Below, in pieces: positions 17,585-24,732 of a stretch of 24,732 bases of DNA. The notes beneath the pieces are model-generated. The model had not been told where the DNA came from and did no database searches. It saw only the letters and a list, made by a program, of their open reading frames with translations. The DNA comes from Candidatus Firestoneibacteriota bacterium (GTDB lineage: Bacteria; Oederibacteriota; D2-FULL-39-29; JBDRBU01), in contig JBDRBU010000036.1 of assembly GCA_043822305.1 (NCBI GenBank), forward strand, positions 1-24,732. Reading direction: 5' to 3'. Every line of letters begins with the position of its first letter. Positions within the stretch are counted from its first letter, which is position 1. The position numbers were made by a program, and so were the translations under genes.

Positions 17585-17672
17585 AGGGGGACCTGTTCCA
17601 AAAGTTAGATTTTTTGCAAGACCGGAGATAACAGTTTTTAATGTAATGCCAAAAGGAGGATATGATAGGTGA
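17556..17672 (+). pseudogene. C-terminal remnant of a YkuE-like metallophosphoesterase (absent from ORF track)
   Basis: Startless frame reads LYVNRGIGLEGGPVPKVRFFARPEITVFNVMPKGGYDR*, matching the YVxRGxG..P.R...PEI family signature. Its stop overlaps the next GTG (GTGA). Confidence 0.75.
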
Positions 17673-18127
17673 AAATTTTAAGATTTGTTTTAGATAAAAT
17701 ATTTCTAATATTGTTTTCTATTTTAATATTACTATTTCCTCCTATTGTTAGAATAGTATCTTCACAGGAGAAAGAAAAAATAAATATATCGATAAATGAA
17801 CATAAGTTAACTGTAGAGATTGCAGATACAATAGCCAAAAGAGCTATTGGACTTATGTTTAAAAGTGAATTGAAATGGGATGAAGGAATGTTGTTTGTAT
17901 TTTCAACTTCCCAATATGTATCTTTTTGGATGAAAGATACGAAAATATCCCTGTCTCTTGCATTTATAGATGAGAAAGGTGTTATAACTGAGATATTAGA
18001 TTTAAAACCATATGATTTATCTAAAAGGACTTCAAAGACAAAGATAAAATATGCTCTTGAAGTAAATCAAGGATGGTTTAAGAAAAAAAAGATAAAGATA
18101 GGAGATACTGTAAAAGGATTGCCTTGA
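17669..18127 (+). CDS. DUF192 family protein with N-terminal membrane anchor
   Basis: VEIADT..R..GLMF..L..DEGMLFVF, FWMKDT..SLSLAFID, YALEVNQGW, IKIGD; RBS AGGAGG. Confidence 0.9.
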   Translation: MKILRFVLDKIFLILFSILILLFPPIVRIVSSQEKEKINISINEHKLTVEIADTIAKRAIGLMFKSELKWDEGMLFVFSTSQYVSFWMKDTKISLSLAFIDEKGVITEILDLKPYDLSKRTSKTKIKYALEVNQGWFKKKKIKIGDTVKGLP

Positions 18128-18544
18128 TGGTTAAGATCACAGCCTTTTATTGAACGAATTGGTGGCAAGAATGGGTGGTATTCCTATGATCAGCTTTTAA
18201 CATTGCGAGGAATATTTAGTGGAGGATATCCTCGACTTCGTAGTGATGACAAAACATTGAAGGTAGGAGATAAAGTAGATTTTTTTGAAGTAGTCTCAGT
18301 TGAAAGAAATAGGTCTGTTGTTCTAAAATTTGTTATGGGCATTCTTGAAGGAGAAACGAGTTTTTATCTTGAACCCATTGACGAGCGGCACACTCGACTA
18401 TTTAATATTACTAAGTTAAAATATAAAAACTGGTTTGGAAAGGTTTATTGGACTTTGATTAAACCTTTTGATCATCTGATGCAACAAAAGATGCTTAGCC
18501 ATATCAAAAAACTTGTAGAAGTAAAGAAATATCGATTGTTGTAA
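18128..18544 (+). pseudogene. N-terminally truncated DUF2867/YbjT-C-terminal-like domain
   Basis: Similarity extends upstream of the TTG at 18203: IERIGGKNGWYSYD.L..LRG..LKVGDKVDFF..FGKVYW.LIKPF. No start codon or RBS precedes it. Confidence 0.65.
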
Positions 18545-18573
18545 TCTGAATTTATAAAAAGGGATTAAATAAT

Positions 18574-19422
18574 ATGAAAAAATCAGAAACCATCAAACGC
18601 TTACAGGTGCTTCGAAATATTGGTCCTAAAATGGCAGATAAAGTTTTGGTTAAACAATCTAAAGAGGGCAATAAGGAAAGTTTTGAGGAATTAGTTAAGA
18701 AATATCAAGATAAAATCTATAATTTACACCTTAGATTGACAGGTAGAAATAAAGAAGAAGCAGAAGATCTAACTCAGGAAACTTTTCTTAATGCGTATAA
18801 AGGATTTAATAATTTTCGTGAAGATGCTAATTTTTTTACTTGGCTCTACCGAATTGCTATAAATACTTTTAAAACCTTCTATAGAGGTAAGCCAATAGTA
18901 ATACCAGAACCTTTGGAAAATTGGGAAAATAAAATAATCTCGCCAGTAAATCCTGAAGAAAAATATATGTTCAAAGAAGTCCAGGAAATGTGTTTCTCTG
19001 GACTCATTACTCACATTCCTAAGTCAGAGCGTCTCGTTTTTGTCCTCGCTGAAATACAAAGGATATCCAATAAGCAAATCGCTGAAATTCTTAATATTAC
19101 CGAAGGAACAGCAAAAATTAGATTACATCGTGCAAGAAAAAGGCTTATAGACTACTTTAAGAAAAAGTGCGAATTGATAAAGAAGGATAATCCTTGTAAG
19201 TGCAGTATGTGGATGGATTATGTTAGAGAGCAACTAAAGTGTTTACCAGAAGGCTGGCAATATGAAAGGCAAAAAATTATAAGTGCTGAGATAATTGACG
19301 ATAATCTAAGTGAACTCCAAAAAATAATCTTGTTTTATCGCTCTTTATCGGCAAAAGAGATAACGATTGATATAATCTCCCAAATTCAAGAAAAACTCAG
19401 TAAGAAAGAAATTTTCAAATAA
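18574..19422 (+). CDS. ECF RNA polymerase sigma factor with Cys-containing C-terminal extension
   Basis: Region 2 (FEELV, AEDLTQETFL, FTWLYRIAIN), region 4 (IAEILNI.EGTAKIRLHRARKRL), then CELIKKDNPCKC extension. Confidence 0.9.
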   Translation: MKKSETIKRLQVLRNIGPKMADKVLVKQSKEGNKESFEELVKKYQDKIYNLHLRLTGRNKEEAEDLTQETFLNAYKGFNNFREDANFFTWLYRIAINTFKTFYRGKPIVIPEPLENWENKIISPVNPEEKYMFKEVQEMCFSGLITHIPKSERLVFVLAEIQRISNKQIAEILNITEGTAKIRLHRARKRLIDYFKKKCELIKKDNPCKCSMWMDYVREQLKCLPEGWQYERQKIISAEIIDDNLSELQKIILFYRSLSAKEITIDIISQIQEKLSKKEIFK

Positions 19423-19424
19423 GA

Positions 19425-19455
19425 TGTATCTTTTCCCTCCTGTTTTGTATCTAAT
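19425..19455 (+). promoter_or_regulatory. Candidate ECF-type promoter for the downstream genes
   Basis: TGTATC-N16-GTATCTAAT immediately after the sigma stop; loosely resembles ECF tgtaac/cgtcta promoters. Confidence 0.35.
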
Positions 19456-19517
19456 ATAGTAAGAGGAGGTAATATAAATAAACAGAATTGCAAAAATTTT
19501 TTAATAGGAGGTGCTTA

Positions 19518-20354
19518 ATGTTTAAAAGAAATAATTTTTCAAGTTTATTAGTAGCAATACTAATTAGCGGTATATTATTAAGTTGTAATTCAAAAATATC
19601 AAACAAAGAAAAAGCAGTAGCCGTATTGAAAAGTTTGCAAACTAAAGACAAGTCTATTGCAATGGAGTACATTAGCGGAGAGACATACATCCAGCACAAC
19701 TTGGGTGCTAGGGATGGTAGAGAAGGCTTTTTAAGGTTGTTTGAAATTCCTAATGTGGAATTCAAAGTCAACACCGTTCGCGTATTTGAAGATGGAGATT
19801 TTGTTTTTACCCATACAGAATACGATTTCTTTGGGCCTAAGGTTGGCTTTGACATCTTTCGGTTTAAAGATGGAAAGATAGTAGAACATTGGGACAACCT
19901 TCAAGAAATAGTGACTAAAACGGTATCAGGTAGAAGCCAGATTGACGGTCCAACCCAAGTTGCAGATTTAGACAAGACAGAAGAAAATAAAAAGATAGTG
20001 AAGGACTTTGTAAATGATGTATTGTTTGGCAAGAATCCGAAAAAGATCACAGATTACATTTCTACAGAAAAATATTATCAACACAATCCTGGTGTAGCTG
20101 ATGGTTTGGACGGACTAAGTAATGCCCTGACAGAACTAGCGAAAGCAGGAATGCCTATGACTTATTCTAAAAATTATAGAGTTCTGGGTGAAGGTAACTT
20201 CGTTTTAACTCAGTCGGAAGGTACTTTTATGAAGAAACATGTGGCTTTTTACGATTTGTTCCGAATAGAAAAAGGCAAAATCGTAGAACACTGGGATACT
20301 ATTGAAGAGATACCTGTAAAAGATACCTGGAAAAATGAAAACGGTAAGTTTTAA
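19518..20354 (+). CDS. Lipoprotein with two SnoaL/NTF2-like domains
   Basis: RBS AGGAGG then ATG 19518; lipobox LLSC; duplicated Y.QHN..DG..G and D.FR...GKIVEHWD motifs. Confidence 0.88.
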   Translation: MFKRNNFSSLLVAILISGILLSCNSKISNKEKAVAVLKSLQTKDKSIAMEYISGETYIQHNLGARDGREGFLRLFEIPNVEFKVNTVRVFEDGDFVFTHTEYDFFGPKVGFDIFRFKDGKIVEHWDNLQEIVTKTVSGRSQIDGPTQVADLDKTEENKKIVKDFVNDVLFGKNPKKITDYISTEKYYQHNPGVADGLDGLSNALTELAKAGMPMTYSKNYRVLGEGNFVLTQSEGTFMKKHVAFYDLFRIEKGKIVEHWDTIEEIPVKDTWKNENGKF

Positions 20355-20885
20355 ATGATTAAAAATAAAAAGAAGATATTGATTTTATATTCATCATTTA
20401 CCGGAAATACAGAAAAAGTAGCATATGGGATTTATGAAGGATTTAGAGAGGGAGGTTTAAATCCAGAAATTAAAAAATTAAACTCTATTGAAAACATCAA
20501 CCTTAAAGCGTATGATTTTGTCTGTATTGGTTCACCTGTTATCTGGAGATTACCCACGGAATCCATAATACTTTCAATTAGAAATATCCCCAGACCGCAG
20601 GAAAAAATTATTCCTGATGGATCTAAAAAAGCAATTGTATTCTGTACATATGCAGGAATTCATCTTGGACCAAAGGAATCTGAAGCAGCATTAAAAATGT
20701 TAGAAATTGAAATTGAACATCTTGGATTTAAAGTAATAGATAGATTATCAATTCCAGGAAAATACGGTAATAATCCTAATACTATTAAATGGTATCATGG
20801 GGATATGACAGATAGACCCAATCAAAAAGATATAGAAAAATGTAAAAATTTTGGTTATACTTTAGCTAAGAAAATAAAAAAGTAG
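20355..20885 (+). CDS. Flavodoxin family protein
   Basis: YSSFTGNTEKVA FMN-phosphate loop, IGSP, FCTYAG, RP...D. Confidence 0.88.
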   Translation: MIKNKKKILILYSSFTGNTEKVAYGIYEGFREGGLNPEIKKLNSIENINLKAYDFVCIGSPVIWRLPTESIILSIRNIPRPQEKIIPDGSKKAIVFCTYAGIHLGPKESEAALKMLEIEIEHLGFKVIDRLSIPGKYGNNPNTIKWYHGDMTDRPNQKDIEKCKNFGYTLAKKIKK

Positions 20886-20943
20886 TTTATTGAAAGTTTA
20901 AGTCCGAGATAAAAGATGCTCTTGAAAAAACGGAGAGAAAAAG

Positions 20944-21579
20944 GTGAAAATATTAGGTATAAATGGCTCACAAAGGAAGGATGGTAATTCTTATCTTCTG
21001 ATTAAATCTGCTCTTGAAGGATCAAGAGGAGAAGATGAAAATTTAATAAAAACAGAGTTATTGCAATTAGTAGATTTTAAGATAAAACCGTGTGAGTCGC
21101 ATTACTCTGGTTTGCATAAATTTGAAAATTGGGGTTGTGGTAAGAAACCTTATAAATGTATACTTGAGGATAATTTTGAAGAGGTTTTTCAAAAGATGAT
21201 TGTAGCAGATGGAATAATTTTAGCTTCTCCACTTTACTATCCAGTCCCAGCAAAATTAGTATCTTTGATGGAAAGATTAATGGCAATAGTTTATTTTGCA
21301 AAGAAGGCAGACAAAAATTATGTCTGGCCTCTCACAGGGAAACCATTTGGAGCAATTGCAACTTCTTATGAAGATAGTAACATTTTAGTTTTGAAGATAT
21401 TAAGAAAGTTTGGTTTCATAGCAAGGATGTATTTAGTAAGAGGTGAAAAAAATAAAGTTTTTAGTGTTGATGCCAAGGGAGGAGTTGAAAAGAATCCGAA
21501 AAGTCTTGAAGAAGCAAAAAAGATTGGCTCTTTGGTTGCAAAAATTTTAATAAAAAGAAGAGAAAAATTTAAGCATTGA
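20944..21579 (+). CDS. NADPH-dependent FMN reductase / iron-sulfur-flavoprotein-like protein
   Basis: ILGINGSQRKDGNS, IKPC, ADGIILASPLY, LTGK, EAKKIG. Confidence 0.85.
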   Translation: MKILGINGSQRKDGNSYLLIKSALEGSRGEDENLIKTELLQLVDFKIKPCESHYSGLHKFENWGCGKKPYKCILEDNFEEVFQKMIVADGIILASPLYYPVPAKLVSLMERLMAIVYFAKKADKNYVWPLTGKPFGAIATSYEDSNILVLKILRKFGFIARMYLVRGEKNKVFSVDAKGGVEKNPKSLEEAKKIGSLVAKILIKRREKFKH

Positions 21580-21630
21580 CACCGTCAAGGCACTCCAAAT
21601 AGAAAAATAATAACGGCTTTCAGTAAATAT

Positions 21631-22740
21631 TTAAGGAAAAAGAGAGATAAGTGAGGATAAAATGGTATCTGTCCCTATTTTTTCTTTAACTTTAACCTGT
21701 CCAATTTTAGCAGGCAAGATAAATCTATTTACTCCACTTATAAATTTTTTATCTCGTTTCATTGAGATCATTATATCTTTTAATGAACAATCTTTGATTT
21801 TAACTGGTAAGCCCGTTCTTTTAATTAAATTTTTAAGTCTTTTTAATTCGCTATCAGAGAATAATCTGAGTTTTTTAGCAATTCCACCAGCAGCAATCAT
21901 ACCCAGAGCAATTGCTTCGCCATGTTTATAGACCTTGTAATTAGTTGCTGATTCAATTGCGTGTCCGATTGTATGCCCGAAATTTAAGATTATTCTGATG
22001 CCTTTTTCATCTCTTTCGTCCAATGATGTTATTTTCGCTTTTATTTTAACGCAGGTTAAGATGATATGTTTTAAACAAGCAATATCGTAATTTAATATTT
22101 TTTCAATATTTTTTTCTAAATATTTAAATAATTCAAAATCTTTTATTACTCCATATTTTATAACCTCGGCTAATCCACATCTTATCTCTCTTAAACCTAA
22201 AGTTTTCAAAACATTTATATCCATATAAACTAACTTTGGCTGCCAGAAAGCACCAATTAGATTTTTCGCTTCTCTAAAATTAAAAGCAGTTTTTCCTCCA
22301 ATTCCACAATCTACCTGCCCGAGTAATGTCGTAGGTACCTGAATATAGTTTACTCCCCTTTTATATGTTCCGGCTACAAATCCGCCTAAATCTCCTATGA
22401 CACCACCACCTAAGGTAACAATAACAACTTTCTTTTGCTGATTTTTGTCAAAATCATAAATCTTATTTAATATTTTTATATAAGTATTAAATGATTTACT
22501 TTCTTCCCCTGTTTTAATTTCTATTTTCCCAATATCTTTAAATCCAAAGTTCTTAATACTTTTTATTACTTTACGACCATATAATTTTCCAACAATATTA
22601 TCGGTTATGATAAAGATACTATCTCCAAGTTTAAGTGATTTAAGAGTTTTCCCTAATTTATTTAATATATTTTCGCCAATGATTACATTATAACTTCTAT
22701 CTTCTTTGTTTTTTAATTTAACTTTAATAACTTTCAACAT
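21631..22740 (-). CDS. aroB: 3-dehydroquinate synthase
   Basis: GEESK, LGGGVIGDLGGF, VPTTLL.QVD..IGGKT, KNLIG.F.QP, LNFGHTIGHAIE, HGEA, DKK. Confidence 0.96.
   Translation of the reverse strand: MLKVIKVKLKNKEDRSYNVIIGENILNKLGKTLKSLKLGDSIFIITDNIVGKLYGRKVIKSIKNFGFKDIGKIEIKTGEESKSFNTYIKILNKIYDFDKNQQKKVVIVTLGGGVIGDLGGFVAGTYKRGVNYIQVPTTLLGQVDCGIGGKTAFNFREAKNLIGAFWQPKLVYMDINVLKTLGLREIRCGLAEVIKYGVIKDFELFKYLEKNIEKILNYDIACLKHIILTCVKIKAKITSLDERDEKGIRIILNFGHTIGHAIESATNYKVYKHGEAIALGMIAAGGIAKKLRLFSDSELKRLKNLIKRTGLPVKIKDCSLKDIMISMKRDKKFISGVNRFILPAKIGQVKVKEKIGTDTILSSLISLFP
21659..21681 (-). repeat. Family B-like hairpin inside the aroB 3' end
   Basis: Minus strand aaaatagggacagataccatttt; 12-bp core identical to 8621-8632; encodes KIGTDTI. 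Confidence 0.5.
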
Positions 22741-22742
22741 TA

Positions 22743-23969
22743 TTACTCCTTAAATTCCTCAGCCATTTTTATTCTTTCTAATATAGATGGATGAGTAGCA
22801 TTCCAAAAGTTTGAAAATGGATGCGGATATAAAAATGCATGATTATCTTTTGCAAGTTGAACCATGCTACTAATAAAAGTATCCTTCTCTCTGGTGGATT
22901 TAAGTTCGTAAGTATCAGCTGTGATTTCAAATTTTCTACTTATAAAGTTCTGTATCGGATTTAAGAAGAAAGAATATATATTAATGATAAATAATAAAAT
23001 TGGCAATCCGGCTATGTCGCTTAGTGGTGTTTTGTTTGTGTTTATAACAGTTGGATATGTATAATAAAGCAAGATTGTAATTAATAAAGAACCCAGAAAG
23101 CCAGTCATGATGCCTTTTAATACATGATGATGTTTCCAATGCCCTGCTTCGTGAGCCACAACAGATGCTACCTGTGCTGGTGTATTATTTTTTACTAATG
23201 TGTCAAATATATATATTGATTTTTCTGGACCAAAGCCGGTGAAGAATGCGTTTGTGTGTTTTGAATATTTACTTTCATTAATTTGATATAGTTTTTTTAA
23301 TTTTATCCCACATTTTTGTGCTATTTCTATGATTGGTTTAGTATATTCATTATCCCCAAAATTTGATTTCTTATAAAACATAGGAAGAATTGCATATGGA
23401 TAGATTAAAGTAATAAATAATTCAAATATCAAAATAAAGCAAGGGATAATCCAGACCCAATGAAAGTTTGTTCTTCTAAAAATGTAATATACCGCAGAAC
23501 CGATAACGATGCTTATGACAAGACCAATTATATATTTTTTAAAAGTATAAAAAATCCAGGATTTAAGTGTCATATTTGAAAAACCAAATTTATGCTCAAG
23601 GATGTATGCAAAATAATATGCAAGAGGAAGATTTATTATTAGTTGAATCATCGAATATGTTATTATGTATAAAATTACCTGTATTGAAAATCTATTTGCC
23701 GTGATCTCCTGGAAGGATGAAGAAAAGAATATTGATAGACCACTTATAAAGAATGCGAGCGGAAAGACAAAGTCAATTATCTTCCATATTATACTAATAG
23801 AAAATCCCCTTCGATGATAGTCTATCCCCTTTTTTATATCATCAGGAGAAAAATATTTTAATACCAATTTTTCATTTTCAGGAGTTTTCCGGCCATGATA
23901 TCCTAAGTATATGAAAATTCCTCTAAGTATTAAATATAGAATAATACTTATAATGAATATATATAACAT
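22743..23969 (-). CDS. M48 family (Ste24-like) membrane zinc metallopeptidase
   Basis: Several TM segments, NAFFTGFG, HEAGH (HExxH), E..AD, THP...ERI. Start set at ATG 23969; the ORF-track extension is translated repeat DNA. Confidence 0.92.
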   Translation of the reverse strand: MLYIFIISIILYLILRGIFIYLGYHGRKTPENEKLVLKYFSPDDIKKGIDYHRRGFSISIIWKIIDFVFPLAFFISGLSIFFSSSFQEITANRFSIQVILYIITYSMIQLIINLPLAYYFAYILEHKFGFSNMTLKSWIFYTFKKYIIGLVISIVIGSAVYYIFRRTNFHWVWIIPCFILIFELFITLIYPYAILPMFYKKSNFGDNEYTKPIIEIAQKCGIKLKKLYQINESKYSKHTNAFFTGFGPEKSIYIFDTLVKNNTPAQVASVVAHEAGHWKHHHVLKGIMTGFLGSLLITILLYYTYPTVINTNKTPLSDIAGLPILLFIINIYSFFLNPIQNFISRKFEITADTYELKSTREKDTFISSMVQLAKDNHAFLYPHPFSNFWNATHPSILERIKMAEEFKE

Positions 23970-23972
23970 ATA

Positions 23973-24083
23973 ACCCTCGCTTCGTTCAGGATGGCACAAT
24001 ACGATACGCAGGCTCGCACCCGCTTCGCGGTGCATTCCTAATTGTTTATTTTACATTAATGAAAGTCAAGCCTGCGACTACCA
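23973..24083. repeat. Nested palindromic repeat cluster: family C REP split by a 53-bp insert, next to another repeat-like motif
   Basis: atacgcaggct (24004-24014) and aagcctgcgactacca (24068-24083) are the two halves of 2492-2519. Adjacent accctcgcttcgttcaggatggcac (23973-23997) resembles GTCATCCTGAGCGAAGCGAAGG-type repeats. Confidence 0.7.
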
Positions 24084-24104
24084 TTTTAATTCTTGGTAGT
24101 ATAA

Positions 24105-24133
24105 ATTATACTCTTGTATTTTTTATTAGTCAA
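24105..24133 (-). promoter_or_regulatory. Sigma70 promoter for the M48 peptidase-aroB operon
   Basis: Minus strand TTGACT (24133-24128), 17 nt, TATAAT (24110-24105). Confidence 0.75.
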
Positions 24134-24201
24134 GGTTTTTCAATGTAGTAATGTCTCTTCCCATTCCCAGTACATTATGTAAATGCTATGAATATTTTAT
24201 A

Positions 24202-24230
24202 TTGAAAATATACCAACAATGTGGGACAAT
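24202..24230 (+). promoter_or_regulatory. Candidate divergent promoter for the orphan ORF
   Basis: TTGAAA (24202-24207), 17 nt, TG-G-GACAAT (-10 at 24225-24230). Confidence 0.35.
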
Positions 24231-24288
24231 ATAAATGGTTAAAAAATGATAACACAAAAATCATTTACAAACACTATAAATAAATTTG

Positions 24289-24573
24289 ATGAAACAGAAA
24301 AAAGAGGATCCTTCTATCCAATGTTTTTTAAAATTGGTCAAGAGGGGATTTGAAATTGAGGCAGTCTTTTTAATACTTTCTACATGGAATTTTGCTGCTT
24401 TTAGATATGCAGTAAATAGATTTAATGTGAATAAATACAAAAATGTTCATTTAAAGATTAGGAAACTGCTGAAGAAGATGAAGAATCAAGATATTAGAAG
24501 AATGAATCTATCGCTCTATAAGAAAGAAATAATAGCAGCATATAATATTCTCGCAAGAATAAAAGGCAAATAG
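24289..24573 (+). CDS. Hypothetical basic protein (94 aa)
   Basis: Open frame in an otherwise empty region with host-like composition; no recognised motif and no clear RBS. Confidence 0.5.
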   Translation: MKQKKEDPSIQCFLKLVKRGFEIEAVFLILSTWNFAAFRYAVNRFNVNKYKNVHLKIRKLLKKMKNQDIRRMNLSLYKKEIIAAYNILARIKGK

Positions 24574-24596
24574 TCAGTGAAAGCCGTGAGGATTGT

Positions 24597-24632
24597 ATTC
24601 CCCCTTTGTTAAGGGGGATCAAGGGGGTTGTT
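24597..24632 (-). repeat. Palindromic repeat family A, copy 3 (inverted)
   Basis: Reverse complement aacaacccccttgatcccccttaacaaagggggaat. Confidence 0.85.
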
Positions 24633-24635
24633 GTT

Positions 24636-24732
24636 ATGAATGTTTATTATAATCCAAAATTGAAATTTCGTGTAAGAGGACTTAACCATAAAATATTATT
24701 TAGCAAACTGAAACTTGTAATTAAACAACCCC
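24636..24732 (+). pseudogene. Possible DUF559-family endonuclease N-terminal remnant
   Basis: MNVYYNPKLKFRVRGL resembles the YNPKLK.RAR.LR start of DUF559 proteins; similarity ends after about 16 aa and the start of a forward family A copy (aacaacccc, 24724-24732) follows. Confidence 0.45.

Noticed and set aside
18125..18127. TGA readthrough or selenocysteine joining DUF192 to the in-frame DUF2867 fragment
   Set aside because: DUF192 is complete at this stop, TGA ends other genes here (mcsA, proA), no SECIS-like hairpin is evident, and a shared frame has a 1 in 3 chance.
21577..21589. ttgac-acc-gtcaa hairpin as terminator between convergent genes
   Set aside because: Only a 5-bp stem with no adjacent U tract.
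11395..21630. attR duplication of the tRNA-Ser 3' end
   Set aside because: No second copy of ccctctccgcca seen downstream in the window.
600..21931. Shadow ORFs in the track (600-875, 1072-1317, 1344-1790, 3243-3440, 3768-3998, 4459-4854, 5287-5637, 5881-6081, 8052-8267, 10280-10516, 10733-11047, 11161-11352, 12382-12669, 12879-13061, 12999-13316, 13757-13957, 14995-15670, 17638-17838, 18769-19014, 19451-19897, 21077-21301, 21662-21931)
   Set aside because: They overlap well-supported genes antisense or out of frame and show no recognisable motifs.
23970..24035. N-terminal extension of the M48 peptidase (MHREAGAS..CHPERSEGY)
   Set aside because: It is translated palindromic repeat DNA; ATG 23969 has its own GAGGG and starts a TM helix.

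Overview
AT-rich bacterial chromosomal segment. Left part (about 290-11412) is housekeeping: hisC, aroF, mcsA-mcsB-clpC (no ctsR), a broken glycoside-hydrolase-like gene, proB, an inserted AAA_14/DUF4143 ATPase, proA and tRNA-Ser(GGA). After the tRNA lies a roughly 10 kb accessory region of almost all + strand genes, many truncated or fused: a methyltransferase bracketed by 24-bp direct repeats, a GC-richer serine hydrolase with an AT-rich secretion-type C-terminal domain, esterase and recombinase remnants, an HTH gene, an hsdM-DUF1016 fusion, half an hsdS, metallophosphoesterase and DUF2867 remnants, DUF192, a chimeric ECF sigma factor, a SnoaL lipoprotein and two flavoproteins. The right end has a minus-strand M48 peptidase-aroB operon and an orphan ORF. 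The most striking unexplained structure is several different families of short palindromic repeats (CCCCCTT-N4-AAGGGGG, GGGACAGAYACC and GTAG-type). Two of them form inverted pairs around what look like remnants of nuclease or transposase genes (DUF559-like; Y1/RAYT-like), and several copies have 8-9 nt tandem duplications at their outer edge. All family assignments come from motif recognition by eye; no searches were run.
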